DNA from: Vicinamibacteria bacterium | GTDB taxonomy: Bacteria; Acidobacteriota; Vicinamibacteria; Marinacidobacterales; Marinacidobacteraceae | Direction: 5' to 3' | NCBI GenBank assembly: GCA_963668695.2 | Contig: CAXXLQ010000003.1 | Span: 1-31,195 of the forward strand | Length of the DNA: 31,195 nt | In this document: one piece after another, positions 1 to 9,757 of the stretch | Layout: the number at the start of each line of letters is the position of its first letter | Numbering within the stretch: position 1 is the stretch's first letter | Notes under the pieces: model-generated | What the model was told of the DNA's origin: nothing | What the model saw: only the letters and a program-made list of their open reading frames with translations | Database searches by the model: none | Program-made: the position numbers and the translations under genes

Positions 1-207
1 ATCCTTCCTGGGAGACAGCGCGATTCTCGAAGAATCGCTGGAATTCCAACGGTCGGAGAATTGACCTAACCAAGGGCGAGGGTTCCTGACCACGAGGAGT
101 ACGGGCAATGGAAGCTACTTTGCCGCGATCAGAAACGGCGCCTTCCGGCGCGTAGGCTTTCGCTGGAGATACTGTGAGCGGGTCACGGTTTCGCTTCCCT
201 AGGGGGG

Positions 208-3034
208 TCACCCACCGGAGACGCGCAGGGCCCGTCGCCTTTTCCGTTTCTTCTGGGTGGGGGCGAGGAGCGGGGCGCGCATCCGCTCGTAGAGCGCGAA
301 GAGGTGCTCGACGCGCTCACGCTCGGAGGAGAACTTGCGGGGCCGGTAGAGGCGGTCCACCGCGCGGTCGAGCGCCTGGTGGGCGCGGCGCAGGTTCGGC
401 GGCATGAGGTCCGGATCGTAGAGGTCCGCGAGGGTCGCGTTGGGATGGGCGGCGCGGGCGGCGAGGACGGCCTGGGCGAGCGGGTCGAGCGGATGACAGG
501 TCCGCCTCCTTCGACGGTACCGGGAACGTGTTGTAGACGACTCCGACCGAATACATGTAGTCACTCTTCATCCGTCCCGTCACGGCACGCATCCAGGCCA
601 TGTGCATCGCCGAAGTCAAGAGAGCGAAATCGGCAAGCGAGGCATCGAGGAGAAGGCGGAGCTTTTGACCCGGAATCTTTGGGGGAGCAAGCCAGCCGAT
701 CGGTACGTACTCCCGCCTCTTTGAACTGACATTGGGCACCACCAGGAACGGCGCGGTGGGGAGGACGTTGACGTGGTAAAGCGTCGGCGTCGCCGCCAGC
801 TTTCGCGTGGGAGCGCTCTTGCTCTGTTGCCGATACGCGCGGACAGCGGCGATGCGCGTACGCACGCGCGACAGCCGCGCCAGGGTCTCGGGAGGCGCGT
901 CTTGCAGGGCAAGAACCCAGCGCTCGCCGCCTCGAAGGTACTCACGCGCACTCACGAAAGGACGCAAGAAGGGTTCCGCCTCAGGCTCGGTTCAACTAGC
1001 GCTTCACGTTCCTGAGTGCTGAGAACAAAGTGTGGCCATTGTCGATGAGTTTGCAGCCGGTAATCATCTTCGCCATCCCGTTGATGGGACTGCTTTCCTC
1101 GCGTACCGTCATGTGCACATCCGCCAACCCAACGGCGTCGAACAGATACGGCGAGAGCGCCGCAGTGCCCGCTCTCGTGCGGATCCCCTTTCGCGTCGTC
1201 GTAGGAAAACAGCCGCCGCACCCCTGGCGCCCCCTCCCGGTCATCGAGGCCGATGATGACGACGTGCACGTGCGCCATGCCCCGCGCGTCGGAGCCCCAG
1301 GCGAACGTCCGGTGCGCGTAGGCGATCTCGAGCCCGCACCGGCCGAACAGGATCGGCCAGAGCTGCGCCACCTGCTCGCCCTGCGTGATCGAGTTGGTCG
1401 CGACGAAGCCGATCCGCGCCCGCTCGCCCGGCGGACCGCTCTTCCCGATGTACTCGCCCGCCGTGATGAACCAGGCGGTCACGTAGTCGAGCGTCCCGCC
1501 GCTCCCGCCGAGCGCCGCAATCCGTCGCACCTGCGCCCGCTGTTCGGTTGACTGGAACTTGGCGCCCCCGAACGGAGGGTTCCCGAACACGAAGGAGCAG
1601 TCCTCTGCCGGCAGCAGGTCCTCCCAATCCATCTCCAGCGCGTCGGCGCAGCGGATGTGCGGCGACTGCTTGAGCGGGATCCGCGCGTAGGACTGGCCGA
1701 ACTCCAGGCTGAGCTCGTTGTTCATCAGGTGGTCCATCATCCAGAGGGCCACCTCGGCGATCCGCGCCGGGAATTCACCGATCTCGATCCCGTAGAACTG
1801 GTTCACATCGAGTCGGGACAGCGACCCCACGTCCAGGCGGCTGGCGACGGCGCCGGTCTCATCGCGCTCGTGCTCCCGGATCACCTGGAGTTCCAACCGG
1901 CGCAGCTCGCGGTAGGCGATCACCAGGAAGTTCCCGCAGCCGCAGGCCGGATCGAAGAACGTCAGCTCCCCGAGCCGCTCCTGGAACTCCCGGAGGCGAG
2001 CCTTCCGTCCCGCGCCGGAGCGCCTTGATTCGGGTGAACTCCTCCCAGCGATCATCGAGAAACAGCGGCTCGATAACCTTGAGGATGTTCTGCTCGGTGG
2101 TGTAGTGCGCCCCCTGCGCCCGCCGTTCCGCCGGGGCCATCACCGATTGGAAGAGCGACCCGAAGATGGCCGGCGAGATGCTCGACCAGTTGAAACGGCA
2201 GGCGGTCAGCAACTGCTCCCGCATTTCCGCATTGAAGTCGGGAATCCAGATCATGTCGGCGAACAGATCGCCGTTCACGTAGGGGAAGGCGGCGAGGTCC
2301 TCGTCGAGGGTGGCAGCACGCTGCCCTTCCGGGGTGTTCAACACCTGGAAGATGCGCGCGAGCAGCGGCCCGAGGTCGGTCCCGTCCTCGCGGGTTCTCT
2401 CTTCCAGGAAGTCGAGCAGGATGTCCCGCGGCTCGAACACTCCGGTGTCGTCCGCGAAGAGGCAGAACACGATCCGGACCAGAAAGCGCTCGAGGTCGTG
2501 GCGGGGATAGCCGGCGTCCCGGAGCGAGTCGTGGAGCTTCCCGACCAGCTCCGCCGCCTCGATGTTCGCGGGGTCCTGATCGCGGAACGTCCGGCTCGCG
2601 ACCCCGAGGATGAAGCCGAACTTCTCGACGTGCTCCGGCAACTGGTCGAGCCGGAAGGCGACCTCGTCCCGCTGCAGCAGGTCGTGGAGTTCGAAGTGCT
2701 GGAAGTCGCTGGTCAGGATGTAGCGGGGCTTGTCGTGCTCCGGGAGCGCATCGAAGTAGCCCCCGGCCTGCTCGTAGGCCTTTTTCAGATCGCGGCCGGC
2801 GCTCTTCTGCTCGACGATCAGGACCCCGGGCCAGAAGAGGTCAATGAAGCCGCTCGTGTCATCGAGCTTCTTTACGCGCTCCTCGTAGCGGCCGACGGAC
2901 TCCCGGCGCTTCCCGAAGATGCGGAAGAAGTCGTTGTAGAAGCTCTGGGTCTCGCCCTTCTCGTAACCGGCGTCCGCCCACTTCCTGGCGAAGGACGCGG
3001 CGCGGACGCGGATCTCGTTCCAGGAGAGGCGCAT
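208..3034 (-). pseudogene. MmeI-family (type IIL) fused restriction endonuclease/adenine methyltransferase, split by about 5 frameshifts (pseudogene or sequencing indels)
   Basis: Stitching ORFs 1859..3034, 952..2055, 996..1244, 317..967 and 208..564 gives one ~940-aa protein. It has EKGETQSF and FIDLFWPGVLIVEQKS (PD-ExK nuclease), GAHYT, FFDPACGCGNFL (motif I), GNPPF (motif IV), and the C-terminal LADLYDPDLMPPNLRRAHQALDRAVDRLY typical of MmeI-like enzymes. Confidence 0.9.
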
Positions 3035-3067
3035 GCGGCGGCGTATTGTTTCAGGCGGCGCGGGTTA

Positions 3068-3431
3068 ACAGCCTGTGGTGGAACCCGGGTGAGCGCCGAG
3101 GCCGGCGAGGCGCCCGGCTGACAAGGCGCGTGAGGGAGGAATACCTGGTGTATTTCGACCGAAACGCAACGATGAGCGGCGCGAAGCGACGCGGTGAACA
3201 GCCGGTGGTGGAACCCACGTGAGCGCCGAGGCCGGGGAGGCGCCCGGCTGACAAGGCGCGTGAGGGAGGAATACCGCGTGTATTCCGACCGAAACGCAAC
3301 GATGAGCGGCGCGAAGCGACGCGGTTCAGCCGGGATGGATCGCCGGCCGAACGCCGCGTGGGTTTCATCACCGGTTGTTTGGCCGGGATGGATCGCCGGC
3401 CGAACGCCGCCTGGGTTTCACCACAGGCTGT
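3068..3431 (+). mobile_element. MITE copy 1 (composite; complete inner monomer 3198..3378 nested in an outer monomer)
   Basis: Terminal inverted repeats ACAGCCTGTGGTGGAACCC...GGGTTTCACCACAGGCTGT flanked by TA on both sides; internal GGAATAC-N5-GTATT(T/C)C palindrome; no 16-nt units. Confidence 0.85.
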
Positions 3432-3559
3432 TATCGCTGGGGACGCTCCCCGCTGGCAGGAATGTGCCTCGCGCCGTGCGGACGAGCGACCCCTCCCTGC
3501 GCCACCGCGGGCTGAGGCCGACGGCCAGCAAATCCCGCCGCCCGGCTGGCCGAACGGCC

Positions 3560-3589
3560 TTGACTTACCGGGGTAATGAGAGTCACAAT
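3560..3589 (+). promoter_or_regulatory. Putative sigma70 promoter with overlapping operator for the vapBC operon
   Basis: TTGACT-18 nt-CACAAT, with the inverted repeat TTACC-GG-GGTAA in the spacer, ~30 bp upstream of the antitoxin ATG. Confidence 0.5.
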
Positions 3590-3619
3590 GACGCGGAGCG
3601 CAACGTCGCAGTCCGGCAC

Positions 3620-3880
3620 ATGGAGAACAGTCGATCCAGGATCACCTCTCAGGGTCAGGTATCCATCCCGGTGCGAATCCGCCGCAAGCTGGGCCTGACG
3701 CCGGGCTCGACGGTCGAGTGGTGCGAGCGGGGACCCGAAGTAGTCGTACGCCGGGCGACAAGATTCTCGTCGCTGGACATTCACCGAGCAGTCTTCCCGT
3801 CACCGCCAGAGCCGAGAACCGTCGAAGAGATGGACGCGGGGATTCGGACCCGTCTGCGACGCCGGCATGCGCGCGCTTGA
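3620..3880 (+). CDS. vapB: AbrB/MazE/SpoVT-family antitoxin (VapB-like)
   Basis: MENSRSRITSQGQVSIPVRIRRKLGLTPGSTVEW matches the AbrB signature; overlaps the downstream PIN gene. Confidence 0.9.
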   Translation: MENSRSRITSQGQVSIPVRIRRKLGLTPGSTVEWCERGPEVVVRRATRFSSLDIHRAVFPSPPEPRTVEEMDAGIRTRLRRRHARA

Positions 3881-4247
3881 CACGAACGTCCTGGTCCGGC
3901 TGATCGTGCGGGATGACCCAGATCAGGTGGCCCGCGCCGAGGCGTTCGTGGAGTCCGGGGCCTGGGTTTCCCTGATCGTGCTGGCTGAGGCCGTATGGGT
4001 GCTGCAGTCCGCGTACGAGCTGGACCGCGAGCGCGTCGCCACCGTCGTGAGCATGCTTCTGGACCACGACCGGCTCACGCTCCAGGACGAAGATGTGGTC
4101 CGCCGAGCCCACGAGACCTTCGGGGGCGAGCGCTCGGCCGGATTCTCCGACTGCCTCATTGTCGAAACCGCCCGCAAGGCAGGGCACCGTCCCGTCGGGA
4201 CGTTCGACCGGCGGCTGGCACGGGTGGAGGGAACCGAGCGGCTGTAA
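3867..4247 (+). CDS. vapC: PIN-domain toxin (VapC family)
   Basis: LDTNVLVR, VLAEAVWVL, FSDCLI and TFDRRL PIN motifs; 126 aa. Confidence 0.92.
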   Translation: MRALDTNVLVRLIVRDDPDQVARAEAFVESGAWVSLIVLAEAVWVLQSAYELDRERVATVVSMLLDHDRLTLQDEDVVRRAHETFGGERSAGFSDCLIVETARKAGHRPVGTFDRRLARVEGTERL

Positions 4248-4338
4248 CCCGCTTCGGATCGCTCCCGCGACCCAGCTTCCCCGATCGGGCGATGGTCAGC
4301 ATTGCGCCCATGGGCTGTCGCGCGCGAGGCCGATGCGC

Positions 4339-4620
4339 CTACCGGGACCAATCTCTCATCCCGAACCTCCGCTCGTGCCATCGCTGGTACTGGCGCTCGT
4401 TCTTCCATTTGATCGTGAGCTTCACGTCTTCCCCCCGGATCTTGCGGTCGAACCAACACGTCACCAGGTCACGCGCCATGAACTCCGCATCTTGCTTGGT
4501 GTTTTGGCCGTCGCCAGTGCAGGTGACGTGTGTGTGGCCGTCGGGTGCATTGAGGAACTCGATCTCCCATCCCTCGTAATCCTCCCTGGTCCAGGTTGCT
4601 ACTGCGCGATATCGCTTCAT
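4339..4620 (-). CDS. Small hypothetical protein, HicB-like antitoxin fold suspected (93 aa)
   Basis: AGGAG RBS before the ATG at 4620; YRAVATW...WEIEF...T...DAEFMARDLV pattern resembles HicB N-terminal domains (recognised by eye). Confidence 0.55.
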   Translation of the reverse strand: MKRYRAVATWTREDYEGWEIEFLNAPDGHTHVTCTGDGQNTKQDAEFMARDLVTCWFDRKIRGEDVKLTIKWKNERQYQRWHERRFGMRDWSR

Positions 4621-4744
4621 GGCCCTGCTCCTTTCTTCCAATCCTGTGCAAGAGGCGGAGGATAGGGAGGTAATGGGACATTTCCTGTCATGCGTGGTTC
4701 CGTCCTTGAAGGAGGGCGGCGATGCGTCGCCCGCGGCGCTGCGC

Positions 4745-4920
4745 GCCGCGATGCCGGCCGGAGGTCGCGTTCCCTGGCCTGTGCATCGCGCGAGGCCCAG
4801 CAGCGACACGCGTTTCGCGGCCCTGGGGGCCGCGGTGCCGGTCTGAAGGCCCCCACCGGGAGAACTGGCCGGCGTTCCCTGCCCTACGCGCCATGGTGCC
4901 GGCCGGCGGCCGGCGGTCCC
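4745..4920 (-). repeat. Cluster of three REP-like palindromic repeats (consensus on minus strand GGGAACGCCGGCCTTCAGGCCGGCA-CGCGGCC); the middle copy carries the 16-nt unit
   Basis: Copies at ~4745..4774, 4829..4879 and 4897..4920; homologous to 13700..13809. Confidence 0.7.
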
Positions 4921-4935
4921 GGCCCAGCCGGGCCG

Positions 4936-5655
4936 TCAGTCCGTGGGGAGTTCGTCCTTCAGGGCGGCGTTCGCGATGCGGGTGACACGGCGGATCAGGT
5001 AGAAGGTGGCGAGGAGTCCGAGGATGGTGAGCGCCGCGGACCAGGAAAAGCTCTCCGTAGCGAGGGTTGCGCCGGCCCTGGCCGCGGCCCCCAAATGGGC
5101 AAAGAAGCAGGCTCCCACCGGGGCCGCGAGGAAGGAACCAAGCGCGTAGTTCCGGAAGCGCACCGGGGTCGTCGCCCAGCCGAAGTTCTGGAACGCGAAG
5201 GGGAAAAGCGGCGAGAGCCGGGTGAGGCACACCGTGCGGACACCGGCGTCGCCGAGCGCGGCAAGGATCCGGCTCACCGACCGGAACCGTCCGAGCCATG
5301 GCGCAAGCCACCGCCGGAGAAACAGCCTCCCGACCGCGAAGGCGGCGAGCGAACCGAGGAACGTCCCCAGGGTGGCATAGACCATCCCCGGCCCCAGGCC
5401 GAACAAGAATCCGGCGGCGAGACAAAAGACCGTGTTCGGCAGCGCGAACGCGACCAGGAGCACGTGCACGAGAACCAGCGCCACCGGACTCGTCGGGATC
5501 CACTCCGGCGGCAGGAACGGCTCGTCTCCTGCCCCGCCGAAGAGCAGCGGCAGCAGCAGGACGTTCAGAACGAACAGGATCCAGAGCGCCGGCTGCCAGA
5601 AGCGCCGAACCAGCCCTCGGACCCCCTTCTCCCCGGAATCGGGGTCAGAGGTCAA
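4936..5655 (-). CDS. TVP38/TMEM64 (VTT/DedA superfamily) membrane protein
   Basis: LAAGFLFG, TLGTFLGSLAAFAVGR, RLSPLFPFAFQNFGWA and VRFRNYALGS motifs; TTG start overlapping the mmsA stop (TTGA). Confidence 0.85.
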   Translation of the reverse strand: MTSDPDSGEKGVRGLVRRFWQPALWILFVLNVLLLPLLFGGAGDEPFLPPEWIPTSPVALVLVHVLLVAFALPNTVFCLAAGFLFGLGPGMVYATLGTFLGSLAAFAVGRLFLRRWLAPWLGRFRSVSRILAALGDAGVRTVCLTRLSPLFPFAFQNFGWATTPVRFRNYALGSFLAAPVGACFFAHLGAAARAGATLATESFSWSAALTILGLLATFYLIRRVTRIANAALKDELPTD

Positions 5656-7133
5656 AAGCGCTTCGAGGCGTCCCGGGGCCAGCGCTCCACGACGACTTTC
5701 GTCTGAGTGTAGAACTCGATCGCGTGCGCGCCCTGCGCGTGCAGGTCTCCGAAGAAGCTGCCGCGCCAGCCGCTGAAGGGGAAATATGCCATCGGGGCGG
5801 CCACTCCGACGTTGATCCCCACGTTCCCGGTGAGAACCTCGTGGCGGAAGCGGCGGGCGGCGCGGCCGTCGTTCGTGAAGAGGCACGCCATGTTGCCGAA
5901 CTCGCCGCCGTTCACGAAGGCGACCGCGTCCTCGATGGAGTCCACCCGGATGATGCCGAGCACCGGCCCGAAGATCTCGGTGCGGGCGATCTCTCCCTCG
6001 GCCGGTAGTCCGTCCAGCACCGTCGGACGCACGAAGAAGCCGTCCTCGAGACCCGGGACCCGGGCTCCCCGGCCGTCCACCACCGCCCGGGCGTCCTCCC
6101 GATCCACGGCCTGACCGATCAGCCCTTCGATGCGCTCGCGGCTCTCCTCCCGGATCACCGGACCCATGTCCACCGCCTCGTCGAGCCCGGAACCCACCAC
6201 CCGGCTCTCGGCGGCGGCGCTCACCAGGTCCCGGAAGGGTTCATGGGCGCCGCCCACGGTGATCGCCAAAGACGCGGCCAGACACCGCTGACCCGCGCAC
6301 CCGAAGGCGCTCTCGGCCACCGTCCCGACCGCCGCCTCGATGTCGGCGTCTTCGAGCACCACCACCGGGTTCTTGGCCCCGCCCTGGCATTGGACGCGTT
6401 TCCCGTTGCCGGCAGCCTGCGCGTAGACGGCCCGGGCCACCGGAGAAGAGCCGACGAAACTCACCGCGGCGACGTCCGGATGCTCCAGCAGCGCGGAGAC
6501 CGCCTCCCGCCCGCCGTGGATGACCTGCACCACCCCAGGGGGGAATCCCGCCTCCGTGAGGAGCTGCGTCACCCACTGCATCGTGAGCGGCGTCTTCTCG
6601 GAAGGCTTCATGACCACCGTGTTGCCGCAGGCGAGCGCGTAGGGCAGAAACCAGAACGGGATCATCGCGGGGAAGTTGAAGGGCGCGATCACCGCCACCA
6701 CCCCGACCGGCTGGCGGATCATGAACTCGTCGATCCCGCGGGCGATGTCCTCCAGCACCCGGCCCTGCATCAGCGAGGGGATCCCGCAGGCCACCTCCAC
6801 GTTTTCAATGGCCCGCCGCAACTCGCCGCGGGACTCGGCCAGCGTCTTGCCGCACTCGGTGGTCACGACTCTCGAGATTTCCTCGAAATCGCGCTCGAGG
6901 AGGGCCTTCAATCGGAAAAGCGGCTGCACCCGGTCGCCGGGCGGCGTCTCCCGCCACTCGCGAAGCGCGTCCCGGGCGCTCGCCACCGCGCGGCCCACAT
7001 CCTTGGGTCCGGACAGCGGAATCCGGAACAGGATCTCCCCGGTCGCGGGGTTGAGAACCGGCAGGGTCTCGGAGGCCGACGGCGCGAGATAGCTACCGCC
7101 GATAAAGTTGGGCAGGGTCGCGGTTTCGGCCAT
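5652..7133 (-). CDS. mmsA: CoA-acylating methylmalonate-semialdehyde dehydrogenase
   Basis: APFNFPAMIPFW, KPSEKTP, VSFVGSS, QCQGGAKN, AFGCAGQRC, EIFGPV, GINVGVAAPMAYFPFSGWRGSFFGDLH; 493 aa from ATG 7133. Confidence 0.95.
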   Translation of the reverse strand: MAETATLPNFIGGSYLAPSASETLPVLNPATGEILFRIPLSGPKDVGRAVASARDALREWRETPPGDRVQPLFRLKALLERDFEEISRVVTTECGKTLAESRGELRRAIENVEVACGIPSLMQGRVLEDIARGIDEFMIRQPVGVVAVIAPFNFPAMIPFWFLPYALACGNTVVMKPSEKTPLTMQWVTQLLTEAGFPPGVVQVIHGGREAVSALLEHPDVAAVSFVGSSPVARAVYAQAAGNGKRVQCQGGAKNPVVVLEDADIEAAVGTVAESAFGCAGQRCLAASLAITVGGAHEPFRDLVSAAAESRVVGSGLDEAVDMGPVIREESRERIEGLIGQAVDREDARAVVDGRGARVPGLEDGFFVRPTVLDGLPAEGEIARTEIFGPVLGIIRVDSIEDAVAFVNGGEFGNMACLFTNDGRAARRFRHEVLTGNVGINVGVAAPMAYFPFSGWRGSFFGDLHAQGAHAIEFYTQTKVVVERWPRDASKRF

Positions 7134-7163
7134 GTTCGTTCGCGCGTAGGATACGCGCGCGAC

Positions 7164-9506
7164 ATGCTGTGTTTCTCTGTGAATTCCGGGGGCTTCAGGC
7201 GTTTTCGTCTGGCGCTCCTGCCCGGCTGCCTGCTCCTCGCGCCCTTGGCTGCGGGAACCCCCACCCCGCCGAATGAAGGAGCGGTCCAGGCGCTCGCCGA
7301 GGGCATGGAAGGCCCCGTGGTGGACGGGCTGGTGACCGACGAACAGTGGTCTTCGGTCGAACCGTTTACCGACTTCATCCAGCAGGAACCGGACAACGGG
7401 GCCCCGGCCACCGAGCGGACGGAAGTCCGCCTGCTCCTCTCCGAGACCACGCTCTACGTGGGAATCGTCGCCTTCGACAGCGAGCCCGAACGGGTGCTCG
7501 TCTCGGAGAGCCGCCGGGACGGCGACCTCAACGAATCCGACTCCGTCCAGATCGTCCTCGACACCTTCAACGACAGCCAGAACGCCTTCCTCTTCGGCAC
7601 GAATCCGGAAGGGATCGAGTACGACGGCCAGATCGCCGGCGAGGGGGCAATCGGCGGTTACAACCCCACCCCCGGCCGGCGGGGCTCGCAGCGCGGCGGC
7701 ATCACCGGATTCAACGCCAACTGGGACGGCGACTGGACGGTGCGCTCGCAGCGGAGCGACCGCGGCTGGGAGAGCGAGTTCGCGATTCCGCTCCGGACGC
7801 TCCGCTACCAGCCCGGGCGGAATCAGACCTGGGGCCTGAACGTGATGCGGAACATCCGCCGCAAGAACGAGCAAGCGTTCCTCGCCCCCATTCCCCGCGG
7901 CTACAACATCTACCGGGTCTCACTGGCGCAGAAGGTCACCGGGCTCAACCTGCCGTCACGGCGGGACATCAAGGTCACCCCGTTCGCGCTCGGCGAAGCG
8001 AGCCGGAACCCGCTCGCGGTCCGCTCCGAGAACCGCGAAACCGAAGGCCTCGACATCGGGCTCGACGTGAAGTGGGGCGTCACCCCGAACCTCACCGTGG
8101 ATCTGACCGCGAACACCGACTTCGCCCAGGTGGAGGCGGACGACCAGCAGGTCAACCTGACCCGCTTCCCGCTCTTCTTCCCCGAAAAGCGGCCCTTCTT
8201 CCTCGAAAACGCCTCCACCTTCCAGTTCGGGGCGCCCCAGGAGGTGGACCTCTTCTTCAGCCGCCGGATCGGCCTGAACGCCGGACAGCCGGTGGGGATC
8301 GTCGGCGGCGCCCGGCTCTCCGGGAAGGTGGGTTCGACGAACATCGGCCTCATGAACATGCAGACCGACGCGGCCTTCAATCGCGAGACCGGCGCCCTGG
8401 CGCTCGCGGCCAACAACGTCATGGTGGCGCGGGTCCAGCGCGAGTTCGGACGGTCCAACATCGGCGGCATCCTGGTCAACCGGCAGGCCACCGGCGAGTG
8501 GGCGGAGCAGGGCGACCACAACCGTGCCTTCGGCGCCGACGCGGCGATCCAGATCGGGGAGCGCGCCCGGTTCTTCACCTTCCTGGCCAAGACCGCTTCC
8601 GCGAACGGGGAGACGGACGGCAGCGCCGGCCGAACGATGGCGGGCAGGGTCTTCCTCAACTATGCCCATCGGGTCCATCAGGGCCACATCGGCTTCACCC
8701 AGGTGGGAGAGGATTTCAATCCCGAGGTCGGTTTCGTTCCGCGCCGCGGTTTCCGCAAGTACCAGGCGCGCTACTTCTTCGACTGGCAGCCCACCCAGAT
8801 CTCCGCCCTTTCCTGGGTTCGCCGCTTTTCGCCGCACGTGACCTGGAACGCCTACTACGGTTTCGACGGCGAGGTCGAGTCGGGACGCGGCCACTGGCAT
8901 CCAATCGAGTTCCAGCCGAATGTGGGGGGCCGCTTCGGGCTGTTCATCGATCGCCACCGGGACCGGCCGCTTCGCGATTTCACCGTGTACTCCGGGGTGG
9001 ACGGGAACCGGGTGATGATCCCGCCGGGGCTCTACAACTGGACGCAGGTGAGCGTGAACTGGATCGGGAATGCCAGCGCCCGGCTCTACCCGACGATCTA
9101 CTGCCGCACCGGGAGCTTCTACGACGGCACCCGCCGGGGCTGCAACGGCAGCATCAATGGGCGCATCGGGGCCACCTTCCAGGCGAGCGTCGGTTTTAAT
9201 CGGGACGTCGTGGAACTGCCGGGAGGCAACTTCACGAGTGACCTGATCCCGATCCGGGTGAACTACTCGTTCACCCCGCTGCGCCGGCTGGAAGCGCTGA
9301 TCCAGTACAACAGCCAGACCGCCTCGGTCTCCTCAAACATCCGGCTGGTCATGCTCAACCGGAGCGGAACCGGACTCTTCCTCGTCTACAACGACCTGCG
9401 CAACACCGCCAACTTCGACCGCTTCGACGACGAGACCGGGTTCCTGGTGCCCAACGTGCTGGGCCGGTCGCTCATCATCAAGTACACGCGCCTCTTCGAC
9501 TTCTAG
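7164..9506 (+). CDS. Secreted/outer-membrane protein with CBM9-like N-terminal domain and DUF5916
   Basis: Signal-peptide-like N-terminus; GWESEFAIPLRTLRY; NTDFAQVEADDQQVNLTRFPLFFPEKRPFFLE and LFFSRRIG (DUF5916 hallmarks); terminal aromatic residue. The start may be GTG 7179. Confidence 0.85.
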   Translation: MLCFSVNSGGFRRFRLALLPGCLLLAPLAAGTPTPPNEGAVQALAEGMEGPVVDGLVTDEQWSSVEPFTDFIQQEPDNGAPATERTEVRLLLSETTLYVGIVAFDSEPERVLVSESRRDGDLNESDSVQIVLDTFNDSQNAFLFGTNPEGIEYDGQIAGEGAIGGYNPTPGRRGSQRGGITGFNANWDGDWTVRSQRSDRGWESEFAIPLRTLRYQPGRNQTWGLNVMRNIRRKNEQAFLAPIPRGYNIYRVSLAQKVTGLNLPSRRDIKVTPFALGEASRNPLAVRSENRETEGLDIGLDVKWGVTPNLTVDLTANTDFAQVEADDQQVNLTRFPLFFPEKRPFFLENASTFQFGAPQEVDLFFSRRIGLNAGQPVGIVGGARLSGKVGSTNIGLMNMQTDAAFNRETGALALAANNVMVARVQREFGRSNIGGILVNRQATGEWAEQGDHNRAFGADAAIQIGERARFFTFLAKTASANGETDGSAGRTMAGRVFLNYAHRVHQGHIGFTQVGEDFNPEVGFVPRRGFRKYQARYFFDWQPTQISALSWVRRFSPHVTWNAYYGFDGEVESGRGHWHPIEFQPNVGGRFGLFIDRHRDRPLRDFTVYSGVDGNRVMIPPGLYNWTQVSVNWIGNASARLYPTIYCRTGSFYDGTRRGCNGSINGRIGATFQASVGFNRDVVELPGGNFTSDLIPIRVNYSFTPLRRLEALIQYNSQTASVSSNIRLVMLNRSGTGLFLVYNDLRNTANFDRFDDETGFLVPNVLGRSLIIKYTRLFDF

Positions 9507-9741
9507 GCGCCTGTGGTGGAACCCGGGTGAGCGCCGAGAGCGGCCAGTTCTCCCGGTGGGGGCGAGGCGCCTGCCTGACAAGGCGCGTGAGGAAGGAATA
9601 CCGAGTGTATTCCGACCGAAACGCAACGCGGAGCGCCGCAAAGCGCCAGTTCTCCCGGTGGGGGGGCGGTTCAGGCGGGATGGATCGCCGCTCGAGCCCC
9701 CACCGGGAGAACTGGGCCGCTTGGGTTTCACCACCGGCTGC
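9506..9741 (+). mobile_element. MITE copy 2 (monomer) carrying three 16-nt units
   Basis: TA-flanked and overlapping the TAG stop of the DUF5916 gene; collinear with 3198..3378 except for units at 9545, 9647 and 9699. Confidence 0.85.
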
Positions 9742-9757
9742 TAGGCGCCGCGGGTCT

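Noticed and set aside
1-173. Possible gene end at the window start
   Set aside because: Too short to assign; no recognisable motif.
6243-7874. Long N-terminal extensions of the 1087-aa and 740-aa ORFs
   Set aside because: Antisense shadows of the divergent neighbour in high-GC DNA; real starts are near 7164 and 7133.
9545-9560. 16-nt unit as a sequencing adapter artefact
   Set aside because: Matches no adapter I recognise, is confined to repeats, recurs at homologous sites, and one copy has diverged.
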